A DNA stretch of 64,000 bases from Dehalococcoidia bacterium (GCA_965226805.1 CBDDDW010000028.1:398109-462108); one strand, 5' to 3'; shown: positions 10,196 through 19,946, numbered from the stretch's first letter. Made by a program: numbers and translations. The notes: generated by a model not told the origin, from the sequence alone.

Positions 10196-10372
10196 CTGAA
10201 AACCATTTCGACTATCCCACTGACCCCCTTCCCTTCGGCAGGCTCAGGACGGGCCTGGCCAGGAAGAGGGAAGAATTGACATCTGAGGGACATCCCTTCG
10301 GCTAGCTCAGGGCAGGCTCTCAGACCTCCGGCAAAGGGGCTTCGCCCCTCCGCACTCCCTTCTTCTTCCGCA
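10196..10372 (+). repeat. intergenic repeat element, copy A (about 177 bp), lying between the two permease genes
   Basis: It aligns by eye to the reverse complement of 40091-40228. Shared blocks are ctgaaaa..cccttcccttc(g/a)gcaggctcaggac(g/t)ggcctggcc..gaagaatt(g/t)acatctgagggaca..ccggcaaaggggcttcgccc..gcactccc..cttccgca. It contains the GGGGC-ttc-GCCCC hairpin. Confidence 0.7.
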
Positions 10373-10377
10373 ACATG

Positions 10378-11304
10378 CTAATAGCGTATTCTGGGGTCGA
10401 TGAACCTGTAGCCGATGTCCACCACGAGATTGGCGAGAACAAAGCCGGTTGCGATGACGAGCACCAGTGCCATGATGACGGGATAGTCGCGCGCGAAGAT
10501 GGACTCGATGGCCAGTAGTCCCATCCCTGGAATCCCGAAGTAAAACTCAATTATGAAGGAGCCTGATACCAGGGTGGCCATGGAGAGACCTACCAGTGTG
10601 AATATGGGTATGAGCGCGTTGCGCAGGATGTGCCGATAACGCACGACGTATTCCTCGAGCCCCTTTGCTCTGGCGGTACGCACATAGTCCTGTCCGATGA
10701 CTTCCAACGTGGTGGCACGGGTGAGCCTGGTCAGTGCCGCTATGCCGGGCACTCCCAATACGACAGCCGGCAGGATGATTTGAGTGTCGAAGAAGCCACC
10801 CCAGCCGTGGGTGGGCAGAAGATCCAGCCAAAGGGCGAAGATGATGAGAAGCCCGGGAGCGGTTAGGAACACCGGCACGGACATGAGAAGCAGTGTGATG
10901 CTGACAGTCAGCGTATCCACCCAGGTGCCTTGCTTGAGGGCCGTAAAAAACCCGACGGGAATCCCTAGCCCCAGGGAGATGATCATGGCCGCGATTCCCA
11001 GCTGGGCAGAGACCCACATGCGCCTGGGCAGCAGCTCCGATACGTCTCTGCCCCGGTATTTGTAGCTTTCGCCCAGGTCTCCCCGGAAGACATCTTTGAT
11101 ATAGATTCCGTACTGGACGAGGAGTGGCTTGTCCAGGCCCTGTTGTTGCCGGATTCGCTCTACCGCCTCGGGATTATTGTGCTGACCCATGAGTATCTGC
11201 ACCGGGTCTCCTGGGCCGAAGCGGGTGAGGGTGAAGGTTATGAACGTAACAGCCAGGAGAAGAATAGGGGCCCAGATGAGTCTTCTAACTACATAAACCC
11301 ACAT
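10378..11304 (-). CDS. peptide/nickel-type ABC transporter permease (DppB/OppB-like)
   Basis: N-terminus MWVYVVRRLIWAPILLLAVTFITF and the motif YVRTARAKGL..YVVRYRHILRNALIP, both typical of OppB/DppB. Confidence 0.85.
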   Translation of the reverse strand: MWVYVVRRLIWAPILLLAVTFITFTLTRFGPGDPVQILMGQHNNPEAVERIRQQQGLDKPLLVQYGIYIKDVFRGDLGESYKYRGRDVSELLPRRMWVSAQLGIAAMIISLGLGIPVGFFTALKQGTWVDTLTVSITLLLMSVPVFLTAPGLLIIFALWLDLLPTHGWGGFFDTQIILPAVVLGVPGIAALTRLTRATTLEVIGQDYVRTARAKGLEEYVVRYRHILRNALIPIFTLVGLSMATLVSGSFIIEFYFGIPGMGLLAIESIFARDYPVIMALVLVIATGFVLANLVVDIGYRFIDPRIRY

Positions 11305-11382
11305 GGTAACCCTGTTCTATTGCATGCGTGATAGATAGCCGGGCTTCTTCAGTTCGAGCTTTGGCATTCCCGGGTGAAGAGC

Positions 11383-13074
11383 CTAATTCTCCGTCATGTA
11401 GACGAAACGTAGCTTTGGGATAATCAGCTGCGTAAGAAAGTAGTCGTTTACGTAGGGCTTGATCAAGACGTATTGCTCGCCGGCGTACCAAAGGGGAATC
11501 CAGGGTGCGTCTTCGATGATCATCTGCTCGATCTCGTGATACAGAGCGAACCTGACGGCTTCATCTTGTTCAACTCTGGCTTCCTCGAGCAGGCGGTTTA
11601 CCTCGGGATTGTTGTAACCAGTGTGGTTGTTGCTGCTCTCACTGTGGAAAAGTATGTCAAGGAAATTCTCGGGATCGGGATAGTCGGCGATCCAACCGAT
11701 GTCGAACATCTGGAAACGGCGCTTGACGAGGTCCTGAAGGTAGGTGCCGAACTCGGTCTGAAGTATCTCGACCTTGATCCCCAGGTTCTGGTCCCACATC
11801 TCCAGGATAATCTCCATGTCCAAGGTTAACTGGGTGCCGAAGCTACCGGCAGTCGTTAAGATTATGGGTGGCAGGTTCTCTAGATCGTCCCCATATTTGG
11901 ATTCGCTCATTAGCAGGCGGGCCCTCTCCGGGTCGTAATCATAGCCCCTCAGGTTCGGGTTGTAGCCGGGAAAGGCCGGAGGCAGAATTCCCTTTGCCGG
12001 AACTACCAGGCCGGCCATAACGTCGCGAGATATGGCTTCCTTGTCGATGGCGTAGTTAAGGGCCTGTCTGACCTTTGGGTCGTCAAGGGGCGGGTCATTG
12101 ACGTTCATGCCGATATAGCTGGTGCTGAAGGATGGCGGGGCCCGCTGCAGCTCGGTATTGAGTGGGTTATTGGGGTCGAGTATGAGGTCCAGGTCTGCCA
12201 GGCCCACCCCAGTTAGATGAATTTCGTCGTTCTCGTACATCAGCATTGCGGTACCACCGCTGAGGATGAACCGGACGCTCTCCAGGAAAGGCGGCCCCAG
12301 GTGGAAAAGCTCGTTCCTAGTCAGTATGAGGCGTTCGCCGGGCACGTACTCCGAGAGCTTGAAGGGACCCGTACCGTTGGGCGTGCGGAACCAGCGGCGG
12401 CCGCTTTCGACGTTCGCTTTGTCGAGGACAAAGGCGGTGGGATAAGTCAGCTTTGCCAGAAAGTAAGACTTGGACGCGTCGATAGTGATCGCCAGGGTGT
12501 GGTCGTCTATTACCCTAACCCCGGCGAGTTCGCTGGCGTCACCCTTGAGCCTTTCCTTGGCTCCCACGATGTCTCCGAGATACTGGTCGACCACCGGCGC
12601 GGCAGTCTGCGGATCTGTAGCCCTCTCAAGGGACCATTTGAAGTCCTGGGCTGTCACGGGCTTACCGTCGTGGAATTTGGCGTTTTCTCGCAGGTGGAAA
12701 GTGTATGTTAAGCCGTCGTTGCTCACATCCCAACTCTCGGCAATGTCTCCGACTATGTTCAGGTCCGGGGCTATGGTCACGAGCCCGCCGAACACCTCGA
12801 CTATAAATGTGGCGGATGTCGCGTCGGTGGTGAGGTGAGGATCCAGAGTCGGCGGGTCACCGAATACCCTGACCAGCGCTCCGCCATCTATTCGAGAGCC
12901 GGGCTCTTTTGGCTCGGAGTTCTGAGCCGTGGTATCGGGAGCAACCGTGGCGTCTGATGGAGTGGCCGTCGCTGGGTCCGCTTTGGTTTCCTCGGTTGTG
13001 GTCGCCGACCTACCCCCGCATGCGGCCATCAAGAGTAGTAATGCCATGGTAGCGGTGACGATCTTCCAACTCAC
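11383..13074 (-). CDS. ABC transporter substrate-binding lipoprotein, family 5 (peptide/nickel)
   Basis: Lipobox LLLMAACGG, a low-complexity linker, then an SBP_bac_5-like body (..GTGPFKLSEYVPGERLILTRNE..). Confidence 0.85.
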   Translation of the reverse strand: MSWKIVTATMALLLLMAACGGRSATTTEETKADPATATPSDATVAPDTTAQNSEPKEPGSRIDGGALVRVFGDPPTLDPHLTTDATSATFIVEVFGGLVTIAPDLNIVGDIAESWDVSNDGLTYTFHLRENAKFHDGKPVTAQDFKWSLERATDPQTAAPVVDQYLGDIVGAKERLKGDASELAGVRVIDDHTLAITIDASKSYFLAKLTYPTAFVLDKANVESGRRWFRTPNGTGPFKLSEYVPGERLILTRNELFHLGPPFLESVRFILSGGTAMLMYENDEIHLTGVGLADLDLILDPNNPLNTELQRAPPSFSTSYIGMNVNDPPLDDPKVRQALNYAIDKEAISRDVMAGLVVPAKGILPPAFPGYNPNLRGYDYDPERARLLMSESKYGDDLENLPPIILTTAGSFGTQLTLDMEIILEMWDQNLGIKVEILQTEFGTYLQDLVKRRFQMFDIGWIADYPDPENFLDILFHSESSNNHTGYNNPEVNRLLEEARVEQDEAVRFALYHEIEQMIIEDAPWIPLWYAGEQYVLIKPYVNDYFLTQLIIPKLRFVYMTEN

Positions 13075-13272
13075 TGTGTCTCCACCTTATCTATCTATTT
13101 AGCTCTGCATAAGGTCATGCTCTGGGTCACCCTCTCAAGGGACCCCGGCCCAAAAGCTGCGTTTACAGCCGACATACGTATATTCTAGACACTCCGCACC
13201 GTGCTTGCAATGCTGATGGGCTGTGCGGAAGTGCGTTTTCTGGTGTTGCCCGTCGGTGCGTATAGTTGTTGC

Positions 13273-13302
13273 TTGACACTCCCGGCGATATGACCCTATG
13301 CT
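13273..13302 (+). promoter_or_regulatory. sigma70-like promoter candidate upstream of the S41 peptidase
   Basis: TTGACA (13273-13278), an 18-nt spacer, then TATGCT (13297-13302). Confidence 0.4.
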
Positions 13303-13313
13303 AATTATAGGAT

Positions 13314-14735
13314 GTGGCTCGCCGAATGGCCGTAACAGCAATAGAAAAAGCGTATTCGCTAATCGGGACCAAGCTGTACTCGTTAAGGACCTTCACCGTT
13401 GTAACCCTCTTGGTCTCCCTTTCCCTCGTCGCCTGCCGGGCCGAAAGCCGAACTGCCAGGGATACGAGAGTCGCTGACGCTGACCCCGCAGATGCCGGCC
13501 TCATATGGGAAGCATGGGACTTTGTTGCCAGTTCCTACGTCGGCGGGATTGAGCTGGATTCAGTGGAGACGACCGGCAGCATCATCGCAGGCTTGCTGGC
13601 TGCGGCCGAGGAGCCCGCGTACCCCTTCCTGACCGAGCTGGACGGCGTTAAAACTCGAGTACCGAGCCATGTTCCTAAAGAGCTTACCGATGCCTGGAAG
13701 GCGTGGTCGCTGATCAGGCAAAAGTGGCCCGAAATAGAGACCGATGCGCTTACGGATGCGGGGGTGGATGGACTCTTGAGGTCCCTGGGGGACGATACCG
13801 CAAGGCACCTGACCGCGGAAGCCTACGAGCGGGCCCAGGAAGGCCTGAGGGGCACCTACCAAGGGATAGGCGCCTTCATTGGGGTCCAGGCCGGTAACAT
13901 GGTAGTGTCTCCCATGCGGGATAGCCCCGCCCAGAAGGCTGGGGTCGAAGAGGGTGATGTCTTGCTGGCGGTGAACGGTGTGTCGGTGGTGGGTAAGACT
14001 TTCCAGGAAGCTGTGGAGCCCGTGCGCGGTCTGGCTGGCACGAAAGTTGTCCTGCTCATAGGGAGAGAGGGCGAGGAAGAGCCGTTGGAGATCACCGTGA
14101 TAAGGGGAGACATAGATATGGTCTCCGTGGACCGCTTGTTGCTGCCAGGCGCCATCGGCAATATCTACATCGCGAATTTCCAGGACAACACTCCAGACGA
14201 GTTGTTGAACGTTGTGGAGGAGCTTCAGCAGGTGGATATGCTGGCCTTGATTCTCGACCTGAGAAGCAACTCTGGAGGGTCCATCGAGGCGGCCCAGAAG
14301 ATAGCTAGCCAGTTTCTGTCCGACGGCCTGTTCATGTACGAGATCGACAAGGACGGTAGCCGGAGGGATTGGTTGATTGAGGCAGGCGGTGTAGCTACGT
14401 CCGGTCTTCCCATGGTGGTATTGGTCAATGAGTTCACCGGCGCCGCCGCGGAGGCGCTGGCTGGAGCTTTGCAGGACGCCGAACGCGCCGAGATTATGGG
14501 TGCCAGGACCGCTGGCAGAGGCTCGGCGCACGAGTTTAAGCTACTGAGCGATGGGTCTGCGATCTATCTGCCCGTATCCTATTGGTACACCCCTTCGAGC
14601 AGACGAATCCAGGGGTCCGGTATCGAGCCAGATATCAGCGTTGAACTGACTGAAGAAGACAGAGTCCAAGGAGTGGACTCCCAGCTAGGGGAAGCTTACC
14701 GGCACTTGAACGAGCAGTTGCCTCACTTCAGGTAA
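13314..14735 (+). CDS. S41 family C-terminal processing peptidase (PDZ domain-containing)
   Basis: PDZ segment (SPAQKAGVEEGDVLLAVNGVSV) and the S41 catalytic region (LDLRSNSGGS..). The N-terminus is lipoprotein-like (LSLVAC). Confidence 0.85.
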   Translation: MARRMAVTAIEKAYSLIGTKLYSLRTFTVVTLLVSLSLVACRAESRTARDTRVADADPADAGLIWEAWDFVASSYVGGIELDSVETTGSIIAGLLAAAEEPAYPFLTELDGVKTRVPSHVPKELTDAWKAWSLIRQKWPEIETDALTDAGVDGLLRSLGDDTARHLTAEAYERAQEGLRGTYQGIGAFIGVQAGNMVVSPMRDSPAQKAGVEEGDVLLAVNGVSVVGKTFQEAVEPVRGLAGTKVVLLIGREGEEEPLEITVIRGDIDMVSVDRLLLPGAIGNIYIANFQDNTPDELLNVVEELQQVDMLALILDLRSNSGGSIEAAQKIASQFLSDGLFMYEIDKDGSRRDWLIEAGGVATSGLPMVVLVNEFTGAAAEALAGALQDAERAEIMGARTAGRGSAHEFKLLSDGSAIYLPVSYWYTPSSRRIQGSGIEPDISVELTEEDRVQGVDSQLGEAYRHLNEQLPHFR

Positions 14736-14746
14736 GCTGGGGGTAG

Positions 14747-14998
14747 TCAGCCGCGGATCTCTTCCGTCTCAGGCTCCTGCTCCTCCGCCTCGCGACAACT
14801 CAGGCAGACATAGCTATCGCCTTCCTCGGCGGCGACCTCCAACGCTACGTTGCGCCTTCTCCCGCAGATAGAGCAGGTTACTGATTGCAGAGCGTCATTA
14901 TCTCCGTTGGCCTGTTGGCCCTGCCCGCGGAATCCCCTATAACCTGGGTCCAGGCCCTTCATCGAGAGAAAATGGTCTCGATCTTTGCGCCTGCTCAA
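14747..14998 (-). CDS. small zinc-ribbon protein (hypothetical)
   Basis: An 83-aa ORF with CSIC..(18 aa)..CLSC and an acidic tail. It lies downstream of rplL on the same strand. Confidence 0.4.
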   Translation of the reverse strand: MSRRKDRDHFLSMKGLDPGYRGFRGQGQQANGDNDALQSVTCSICGRRRNVALEVAAEEGDSYVCLSCREAEEQEPETEEIRG

Positions 14999-15123
14999 GC
15001 TCCACCTCCGTCCACCCGGGCTGTTTACTGGCAGACACGCCCTTTGGGGACGATTTACGCCGTCCTGATACCTATTGCGACGGGTCTCGTGACTCGCAGC
15101 CTACGCCCGGCGAAGTTAGATGG

Positions 15124-15522
15124 CTATTCTATTTTTACTGTGGCCCCGGCGCCCTCTAGCGTAGCCTTTATCTTTTCGGCTTCTTCCTTGGCTACTGCCT
15201 CCTTGACCCGGGCGGGCGCGCCCTCTACAAGCTCTTTGGCTTCTCTCAGGCCCAGCGTGGTTACTTCCCTGACTGCCTTGATGACATTGATTTTATTGGC
15301 CCCGATGTCCTGGAGCAATACGGTAAATTCAAACTGTTCCTCTTCCGCCGGTGGGCCGGCGGCCCCGTCGCCAGCGGCCGCTGCCGCTGCCGGCGCCGCG
15401 GCTGCCACTGCTATCGGAGCCGCAGCGGAGATCCCAAACTCCGACTCCATGGCTTTCACCATATCCGCCAGGTCCATCACTGTCATCTGCTTTATGGCTT
15501 CTAGAATTTCGTCCTTATCCAT
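15124..15522 (-). CDS. rplL: 50S ribosomal protein L7/L12
   Basis: [30 protein letters not shown].., an Ala-rich hinge, and C-terminal ..[37 protein letters not shown]. Confidence 0.95.
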   Translation of the reverse strand: MDKDEILEAIKQMTVMDLADMVKAMESEFGISAAAPIAVAAAAPAAAAAAGDGAAGPPAEEEQFEFTVLLQDIGANKINVIKAVREVTTLGLREAKELVEGAPARVKEAVAKEEAEKIKATLEGAGATVKIE

Positions 15523-15544
15523 GTATCCTCCTTTTGCTCGAAAC

Positions 15545-16114
15545 TTAGCCGGACTGTTCTTGTGACTTTAGCTGCTCCGCTCTCTGCTGGAGCAGAATGG
15601 CCAACGAGGCTAGTGGACCATTTAATATGGTCTGAAGGCCGCGCAGCGGCGCTTGGAGCTGGCCAAGAAGCGCGACTATGGGTGACTGGGCCTGGCCCAG
15701 AAGCCGTGCTACCAGCTCATTTTTGGGAGGAAGATTGCACAACACGGTGATTTCAGCGGGGGTCATAGTGCGCTGCTCTAGCACTGCTCCTCTGATGGCC
15801 AAGACGGAGCGGTTTATCCGGATGTACTCTTCCACGGCCTTGGCGACGGCGATGGGATCATCGTAGCCGAAGGCGAGGGCGGTCGGTCCTTGCACGATAT
15901 CCTTGATCTGCGGCCTGTCTGCCGAGTCGGCGCTCAAGTACGCAATCGTGTTCTTAACGACCATGTATTCGATGTTCTTGTCACGCATCTGCCGCCGTAG
16001 ATCGGTCATTGCGTTGACATCAAGGCCGGTGTAATCGGTAGCGAGGGCGATGGTGCACCGGGAGAACTTCTCCCTTAGCTCCTCAACCATCTCCCTTTTC
16101 CTCTGAGTTGGCAT
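15545..16114 (-). CDS. rplJ: 50S ribosomal protein L10
   Basis: [20 protein letters not shown].. I chose the start at 16114 because aaaGGGGGGAGca precedes that ATG. The track start at 16162 runs through a leader hairpin. Confidence 0.9.
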   Translation of the reverse strand: MPTQRKREMVEELREKFSRCTIALATDYTGLDVNAMTDLRRQMRDKNIEYMVVKNTIAYLSADSADRPQIKDIVQGPTALAFGYDDPIAVAKAVEEYIRINRSVLAIRGAVLEQRTMTPAEITVLCNLPPKNELVARLLGQAQSPIVALLGQLQAPLRGLQTILNGPLASLAILLQQRAEQLKSQEQSG

Positions 16115-16439
16115 TGCTCCCCCCTTTAACGAAATTCCCTGCGCCGCAGGCGCAGGGAACACTCATGGCTTCCTATTCAACCTCCCGGTAACCCTCAGGG
16201 CTCTGCGGAACCCCCGCGTATATGCGAATTGCTGGGGCTCCCTGAGCAGTGGGCCAGCCGGGATGGCTCCCTTGTCGCCTCGGCGGGCGTTCTATTTAAC
16301 CTCTAAGACCGAGGACCCGCTGTCTTTGGCATTCTTGTGTTTAAGCTACCTCGCTACATCCCTCCCTGAAACCTTGTCTTGTGCCACTGTTACCGATCCA
16401 GGCCTGAGGTCCAGTCCGGAATCGCCTCTGAAAGCGTTG
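16115..16439 (-). promoter_or_regulatory. rplJ-rplL leader region (candidate L10-leader-type autoregulatory RNA)
   Basis: A 325-nt ORF-poor gap between rplA and rplJ. It contains a perfect 11-bp GC-rich hairpin, TTCCCTGCGCC-tgc-GGCGCAGGGAA (16135-16159), followed by TTT, 20 nt upstream of the rplJ start. Confidence 0.4.
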
Positions 16440-17156
16440 CTATACATCAGGCTGCATTGCCATGAGGCTCTGGAGATTCAGCCTCAAGCTTGGGCTCATG
16501 CTGGCGCTGAGATAGGCGGACCTGACAAAGGAGCCCTTAATCGCGGCCGGCCTGGACTTTACAACGGAGTCTATCAGCGAAGCTATATTGCCGAGCAGTT
16601 TCTCCGATGTGAAGCTCACTTTGCCCACTGGGCAGTGGATGATCGCCGTGCGGTCCATGCGGAATTCCAGGCGTCCCATTTTCGCTTCTTCTATGATTCG
16701 AGGCAGGTCCAGGGGTTGTACCATCGTGCCGGTTCTGGGGTTGGGCATCAACCCTCGCCTGCCCAATATCCGACCCAGACGGCCTATCTTGCTCATCACG
16801 TCAGGAATCGCGAGGCCCACGTCGAACTCGGTCCAGCCGCCTTCGATCTGCTTTATGAGATCGTCTTCGCCCACGTAGTCCGCTCCGGCCTGGCGCGCCG
16901 CCTCAGCTGCTTCCCCGTTCGCGAAGACCAGGACGCGAGTCTCTTTGCCCAGGCCATAGGGCAGCACAGTAACGCCTCTCACCATCTGGTCGGCATGGCG
17001 AGTGTCCGCTCCTGTCCTCAGGTGAAGCTCGACGCTCTCATCGAATTTGGCGGAAGAGATTTGCTTGAGAAGGACCACGGCTTCCTCGGGGGCGTAATCC
17101 TTATCCGTGTCCACCATTGCTTCCATCTCCCGAAACCGCCTGCTTTGTTTGACCAT
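16440..17156 (-). CDS. rplA: 50S ribosomal protein L1
   Basis: Typical L1 sequence (..VELHLRTGADTRHADQMVRGVTVLPYGLGK..). Confidence 0.95.
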   Translation of the reverse strand: MVKQSRRFREMEAMVDTDKDYAPEEAVVLLKQISSAKFDESVELHLRTGADTRHADQMVRGVTVLPYGLGKETRVLVFANGEAAEAARQAGADYVGEDDLIKQIEGGWTEFDVGLAIPDVMSKIGRLGRILGRRGLMPNPRTGTMVQPLDLPRIIEEAKMGRLEFRMDRTAIIHCPVGKVSFTSEKLLGNIASLIDSVVKSRPAAIKGSFVRSAYLSASMSPSLRLNLQSLMAMQPDV

Positions 17157-17158
17157 GC

Positions 17159-17587
17159 CTATTCCTCTACGATTTCTATGCCCATGCTTCGGGCTGTACC
17201 TTCTATTATCGACATCGCCTTGTCAAGGGAAGGTGCGTTGAGGTCCTTCCCCTTCAACTCCGCGATCTCCCGTATGGAAGTTCTCTTGACCTGGGCCACG
17301 AAACTGCGCCCAGCTTCCGAATGCCCTTTCTCTATGCCGGCGGCCTTACGTAGCAGCTCGGACGCCGGCGGTGTCTTGTTTATGAAAGTGAAGGACCTGT
17401 CCTCGAACACGGTGATTTGAGCTGGTATTATGGTGCCCACCTGAGCTGCCGTACGCTCGTTGTACTCTTTGACAAAGGCCATTATGTTGACACCGTGCTG
17501 CCCGAGGGCCGGGCCAACGGGTGGCGCGGGTGTAGCCTTGCCCGCTTGCAACTGTAGTTTGATGATGGCCCGTACCTTTTTAGCCAA
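17159..17587 (-). CDS. rplK: 50S ribosomal protein L11
   Basis: [43 protein letters not shown].. Confidence 0.95.
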   Translation of the reverse strand: MAKKVRAIIKLQLQAGKATPAPPVGPALGQHGVNIMAFVKEYNERTAAQVGTIIPAQITVFEDRSFTFINKTPPASELLRKAAGIEKGHSEAGRSFVAQVKRTSIREIAELKGKDLNAPSLDKAMSIIEGTARSMGIEIVEE

Positions 17588-17595
17588 GACCGCTC

Positions 17596-18159
17596 CTAAA
17601 TTCTTTCTACCTGGAGGAAGTCCAGCTCCACCGGTGTTTCTCTGCCGAAGAAGGAGACCATGACTCGAATCTTGCCCTTGCCGGCGTCTATCTCGCTCAC
17701 AGTGCCCATGAAGTCAGAGAAAGGCCCGGCGGATATCCTGACCGTCTGCCCCCTCTGGAATCCTATGGTCACCTTGGGCGGACCCGAATCGATCTGCTTC
17801 AGTATGGCGTCGACCTCTTTGTCCTCCAGTGGCACCGGCTTGGGCCTCTTTCCCCGCTCATCCTCCGATGATACGAAACCGGTGACGCCGGGAGTGTTGC
17901 GCACTACTGACCAGCTTACGTCGTCCAGGCTCATATGGACCAGAATATACCCTGGGAAGACCTTTTTGCGCTCTGGCCTGCGCTTCCCGTCCTTGAGGAC
18001 GATTTCTTCCTCAGTGGGCACTACTACCTGGAATATCTTGTCCTGCATGTCCAGGCTCTGTATGCGCAGCGTCAAATTTTTTTCAACCCGCTCTTCCTGG
18101 CCAGAGTAGGTGTGGATTATGTACCACCGGGCTTGGTCCGTGCGGGTCTTAGCAGGCAT
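17596..18159 (-). CDS. nusG: transcription termination/antitermination factor NusG
   Basis: ..[18 protein letters not shown].. (NGN domain) plus a C-terminal KOW domain. Canonical position between secE and rplK. Confidence 0.95.
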   Translation of the reverse strand: MPAKTRTDQARWYIIHTYSGQEERVEKNLTLRIQSLDMQDKIFQVVVPTEEEIVLKDGKRRPERKKVFPGYILVHMSLDDVSWSVVRNTPGVTGFVSSEDERGKRPKPVPLEDKEVDAILKQIDSGPPKVTIGFQRGQTVRISAGPFSDFMGTVSEIDAGKGKIRVMVSFFGRETPVELDFLQVERI

Positions 18160-18208
18160 GTCCCTCTCCCTAATTTAAGACGCTGGAAAGTCTGCTCCCT
18201 GCGTGGGA

Positions 18209-18454
18209 TTAGCGAATAATGTATCTTCCGAAAGTCTGGCCAAGTAGGAAGTCCAGACCAGCGAAAATGAATCCTGCCACGGCAGACAGCAGAATGACTA
18301 TGTAGGTCAGACGCACGGTTTCTTCCCTGGAAGGCCAGACCGCCTTCCTTAGCTCGGCGAGGGTGTCCTGAAAAAATTGTATAGGGCTGCCGCGCCGAAT
18401 GGTGGCGGGGGAAACTATCCTGGGACCAGCCCGCTTGGCGGAAGGTCTCGCCAC
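18209..18454 (-). CDS. secE: preprotein translocase subunit SecE
   Basis: Small protein with ..FFQDTLAELRKAVWPSREETVRLTYIVILLSAVAGFIFAGLD.. Canonical position upstream of nusG. The start is uncertain (GTG at 18454). Confidence 0.8.
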   Translation of the reverse strand: MARPSAKRAGPRIVSPATIRRGSPIQFFQDTLAELRKAVWPSREETVRLTYIVILLSAVAGFIFAGLDFLLGQTFGRYIIR

Positions 18455-18455
18455 T

Positions 18456-18626
18456 CTAACGTACCTCTCGGTGGCTCGTATGGCCCCGGCAACGAGGGCA
18501 GAACTTGCGCAGCTCCAGACGCTGAGTGTCGTTCCGCCGGTTCTTGTCGGTGGTGTAGTTTCTCTCCCGACAGTCGGTGCATGCCATCGTAATAATTATA
18601 CGCGCCCCAGCGCCTTTCTTGGCCAT
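18456..18626 (-). CDS. rpmG: 50S ribosomal protein L33 (zinc-ribbon C+ form); too short to appear in the ORF track
   Basis: Hand translation gives [56 protein letters not shown], 56 aa with CxxC..CxxC. It lies 3 nt downstream of the tuf stop. Confidence 0.9.
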   Translation of the reverse strand: MAKKGAGARIIITMACTDCRERNYTTDKNRRNDTQRLELRKFCPRCRGHTSHREVR

Positions 18627-18629
18627 GAC

Positions 18630-19832
18630 CTAGTCCTGTACTTTCGTGACCACCCCAGCGCCAACAGTCCGGCCCCCCTCCCGTATGGCGAACCGGAGAC
18701 CCTCTTCCAGCGCGATGGGATAGATGAGATTTATCTTCATGTTGATGTTATCGCCGGGCATCACCATCTCCACTCCCTCGGGGAGTTGGATCTCACCTGT
18801 GATATCCGACGTCCTGATGTAGAACTGGGGCTTGTAGCCGTTGAAGAAGGGAGTGTGGCGGCCGCCTTCGTCTCTACTGAGGACATACACCTCGGCGTCA
18901 GCGTTGGCGTGAGGTTGAATCGTCCCTGGTCGCGCAAGCACTTGACCCCGCTCCACCTCCTCTCGCTCAACACCCCTGAGAAGCACTCCCACCGCATCAC
19001 CGGCCTCGGTGGAATCCAGGGTCTTGTGAAACATCTCCAGCCCGGTGGCCACCGTCTTCTTCACTTCCCCGAAACCGACGATCTCCACGTCATCTCCCGA
19101 GTTCAGCAAGCCGCGCTCGACCCGGCCGGTCACTACAGTGCCCCTGCCCTTTATGCCGAAAACGTCCTCGATGGGCATGAGGAAGGGGCGGTCTGTGATG
19201 CGCGTGGGGAGGGGAATGTACTCGTCTACTGCGTCCATCAGCTCCAGGATTTTGCCGCACCACTCGCACTCTCGCTTGCCACAGCCACACTCAAGGGCTT
19301 TCAAGGCGCTGACGTGAATTATGGGGGTGTCGTCACCCGGAAATTCGTATAGATTGAGAAGGTCCCTGACCTCGAGCTCCACCAGCTCCAGCAGTTCGGG
19401 ATCCTCCATGGCGTCCACCTTGTTAAGGGCCACCAATATTCGAGGGACCTCCACCTGACGTCCCAAGAGTATGTGCTCCCGGGTCTGGGGCATGGGTCCG
19501 TCCGGTGCACTCACCACCAGGATGGCGCCATCCATCTGGGCTGCTCCGGTGATCATGTTCTTTATGTAGTCTGCGTGGCCGGGACAGTCCACGTGGGCGT
19601 AGTGGCGTTTCTCCGTCTCGTACTCGATGTGGGCTATGGCGATCGTCAGCCCTCGCGCCTTCTCCTCGGGAGCGTTGTCTATCGACTCAAAAGCGCGGAA
19701 GGACGTGCTTGTCCCATGCGCATTAAGGACACGGGTTATGGCTGAGGTAAGCGTGGTCTTACCGTGGTCGACGTGACCTATAGTTCCAACGTTTACGTGC
19801 GGCTTGCTCCGATCGAATTTCTGTTTCGCCAT
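18630..19832 (-). CDS. tuf: translation elongation factor Tu
   Basis: [15 protein letters not shown] and NKVD GTPase motifs across a full-length 400 aa. It carries an unusual [11 protein letters not shown] insertion (see findings). Confidence 0.97.
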   Translation of the reverse strand: MAKQKFDRSKPHVNVGTIGHVDHGKTTLTSAITRVLNAHGTSTSFRAFESIDNAPEEKARGLTIAIAHIEYETEKRHYAHVDCPGHADYIKNMITGAAQMDGAILVVSAPDGPMPQTREHILLGRQVEVPRILVALNKVDAMEDPELLELVELEVRDLLNLYEFPGDDTPIIHVSALKALECGCGKRECEWCGKILELMDAVDEYIPLPTRITDRPFLMPIEDVFGIKGRGTVVTGRVERGLLNSGDDVEIVGFGEVKKTVATGLEMFHKTLDSTEAGDAVGVLLRGVEREEVERGQVLARPGTIQPHANADAEVYVLSRDEGGRHTPFFNGYKPQFYIRTSDITGEIQLPEGVEMVMPGDNINMKINLIYPIALEEGLRFAIREGGRTVGAGVVTKVQD

Positions 19833-19871
19833 TTAGCTTCCTCCGTTAGTGATGCGCATCCGCGTTTCCTA

Positions 19872-19946
19872 TGGAGCCCACAGGCGGGATTGAACCGCCG
19901 ACCCCGTTCTTACCAAGAACGTGCTCTACCGCTGAGCTATGTGGGC
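19872..19946 (-). tRNA. tRNA-Thr (anticodon GGU), CCA encoded
   Basis: Hand-folded cloverleaf: acceptor GCCCACA/TGTGGGC, anticodon arm CGTTC-TTGGTAA-GAACG, T-loop TTCAATC. Confidence 0.9.

Noticed and set aside
16263-17420. A long 385-aa ORF on the plus strand. Similar long ORFs occur at 13560..14531, 18399..19352, 37133..38302, 46331..47176, 52117..52914, 58567..59316 and 62716..63696.
   Set aside because: All lie antisense to confidently identified genes (rplA/rplK, the S41 peptidase, tuf, transposases, trpD, glyQS, the recombinase). They have low-complexity Arg/Pro/Gly-rich translations typical of shadow ORFs in GC-rich DNA.
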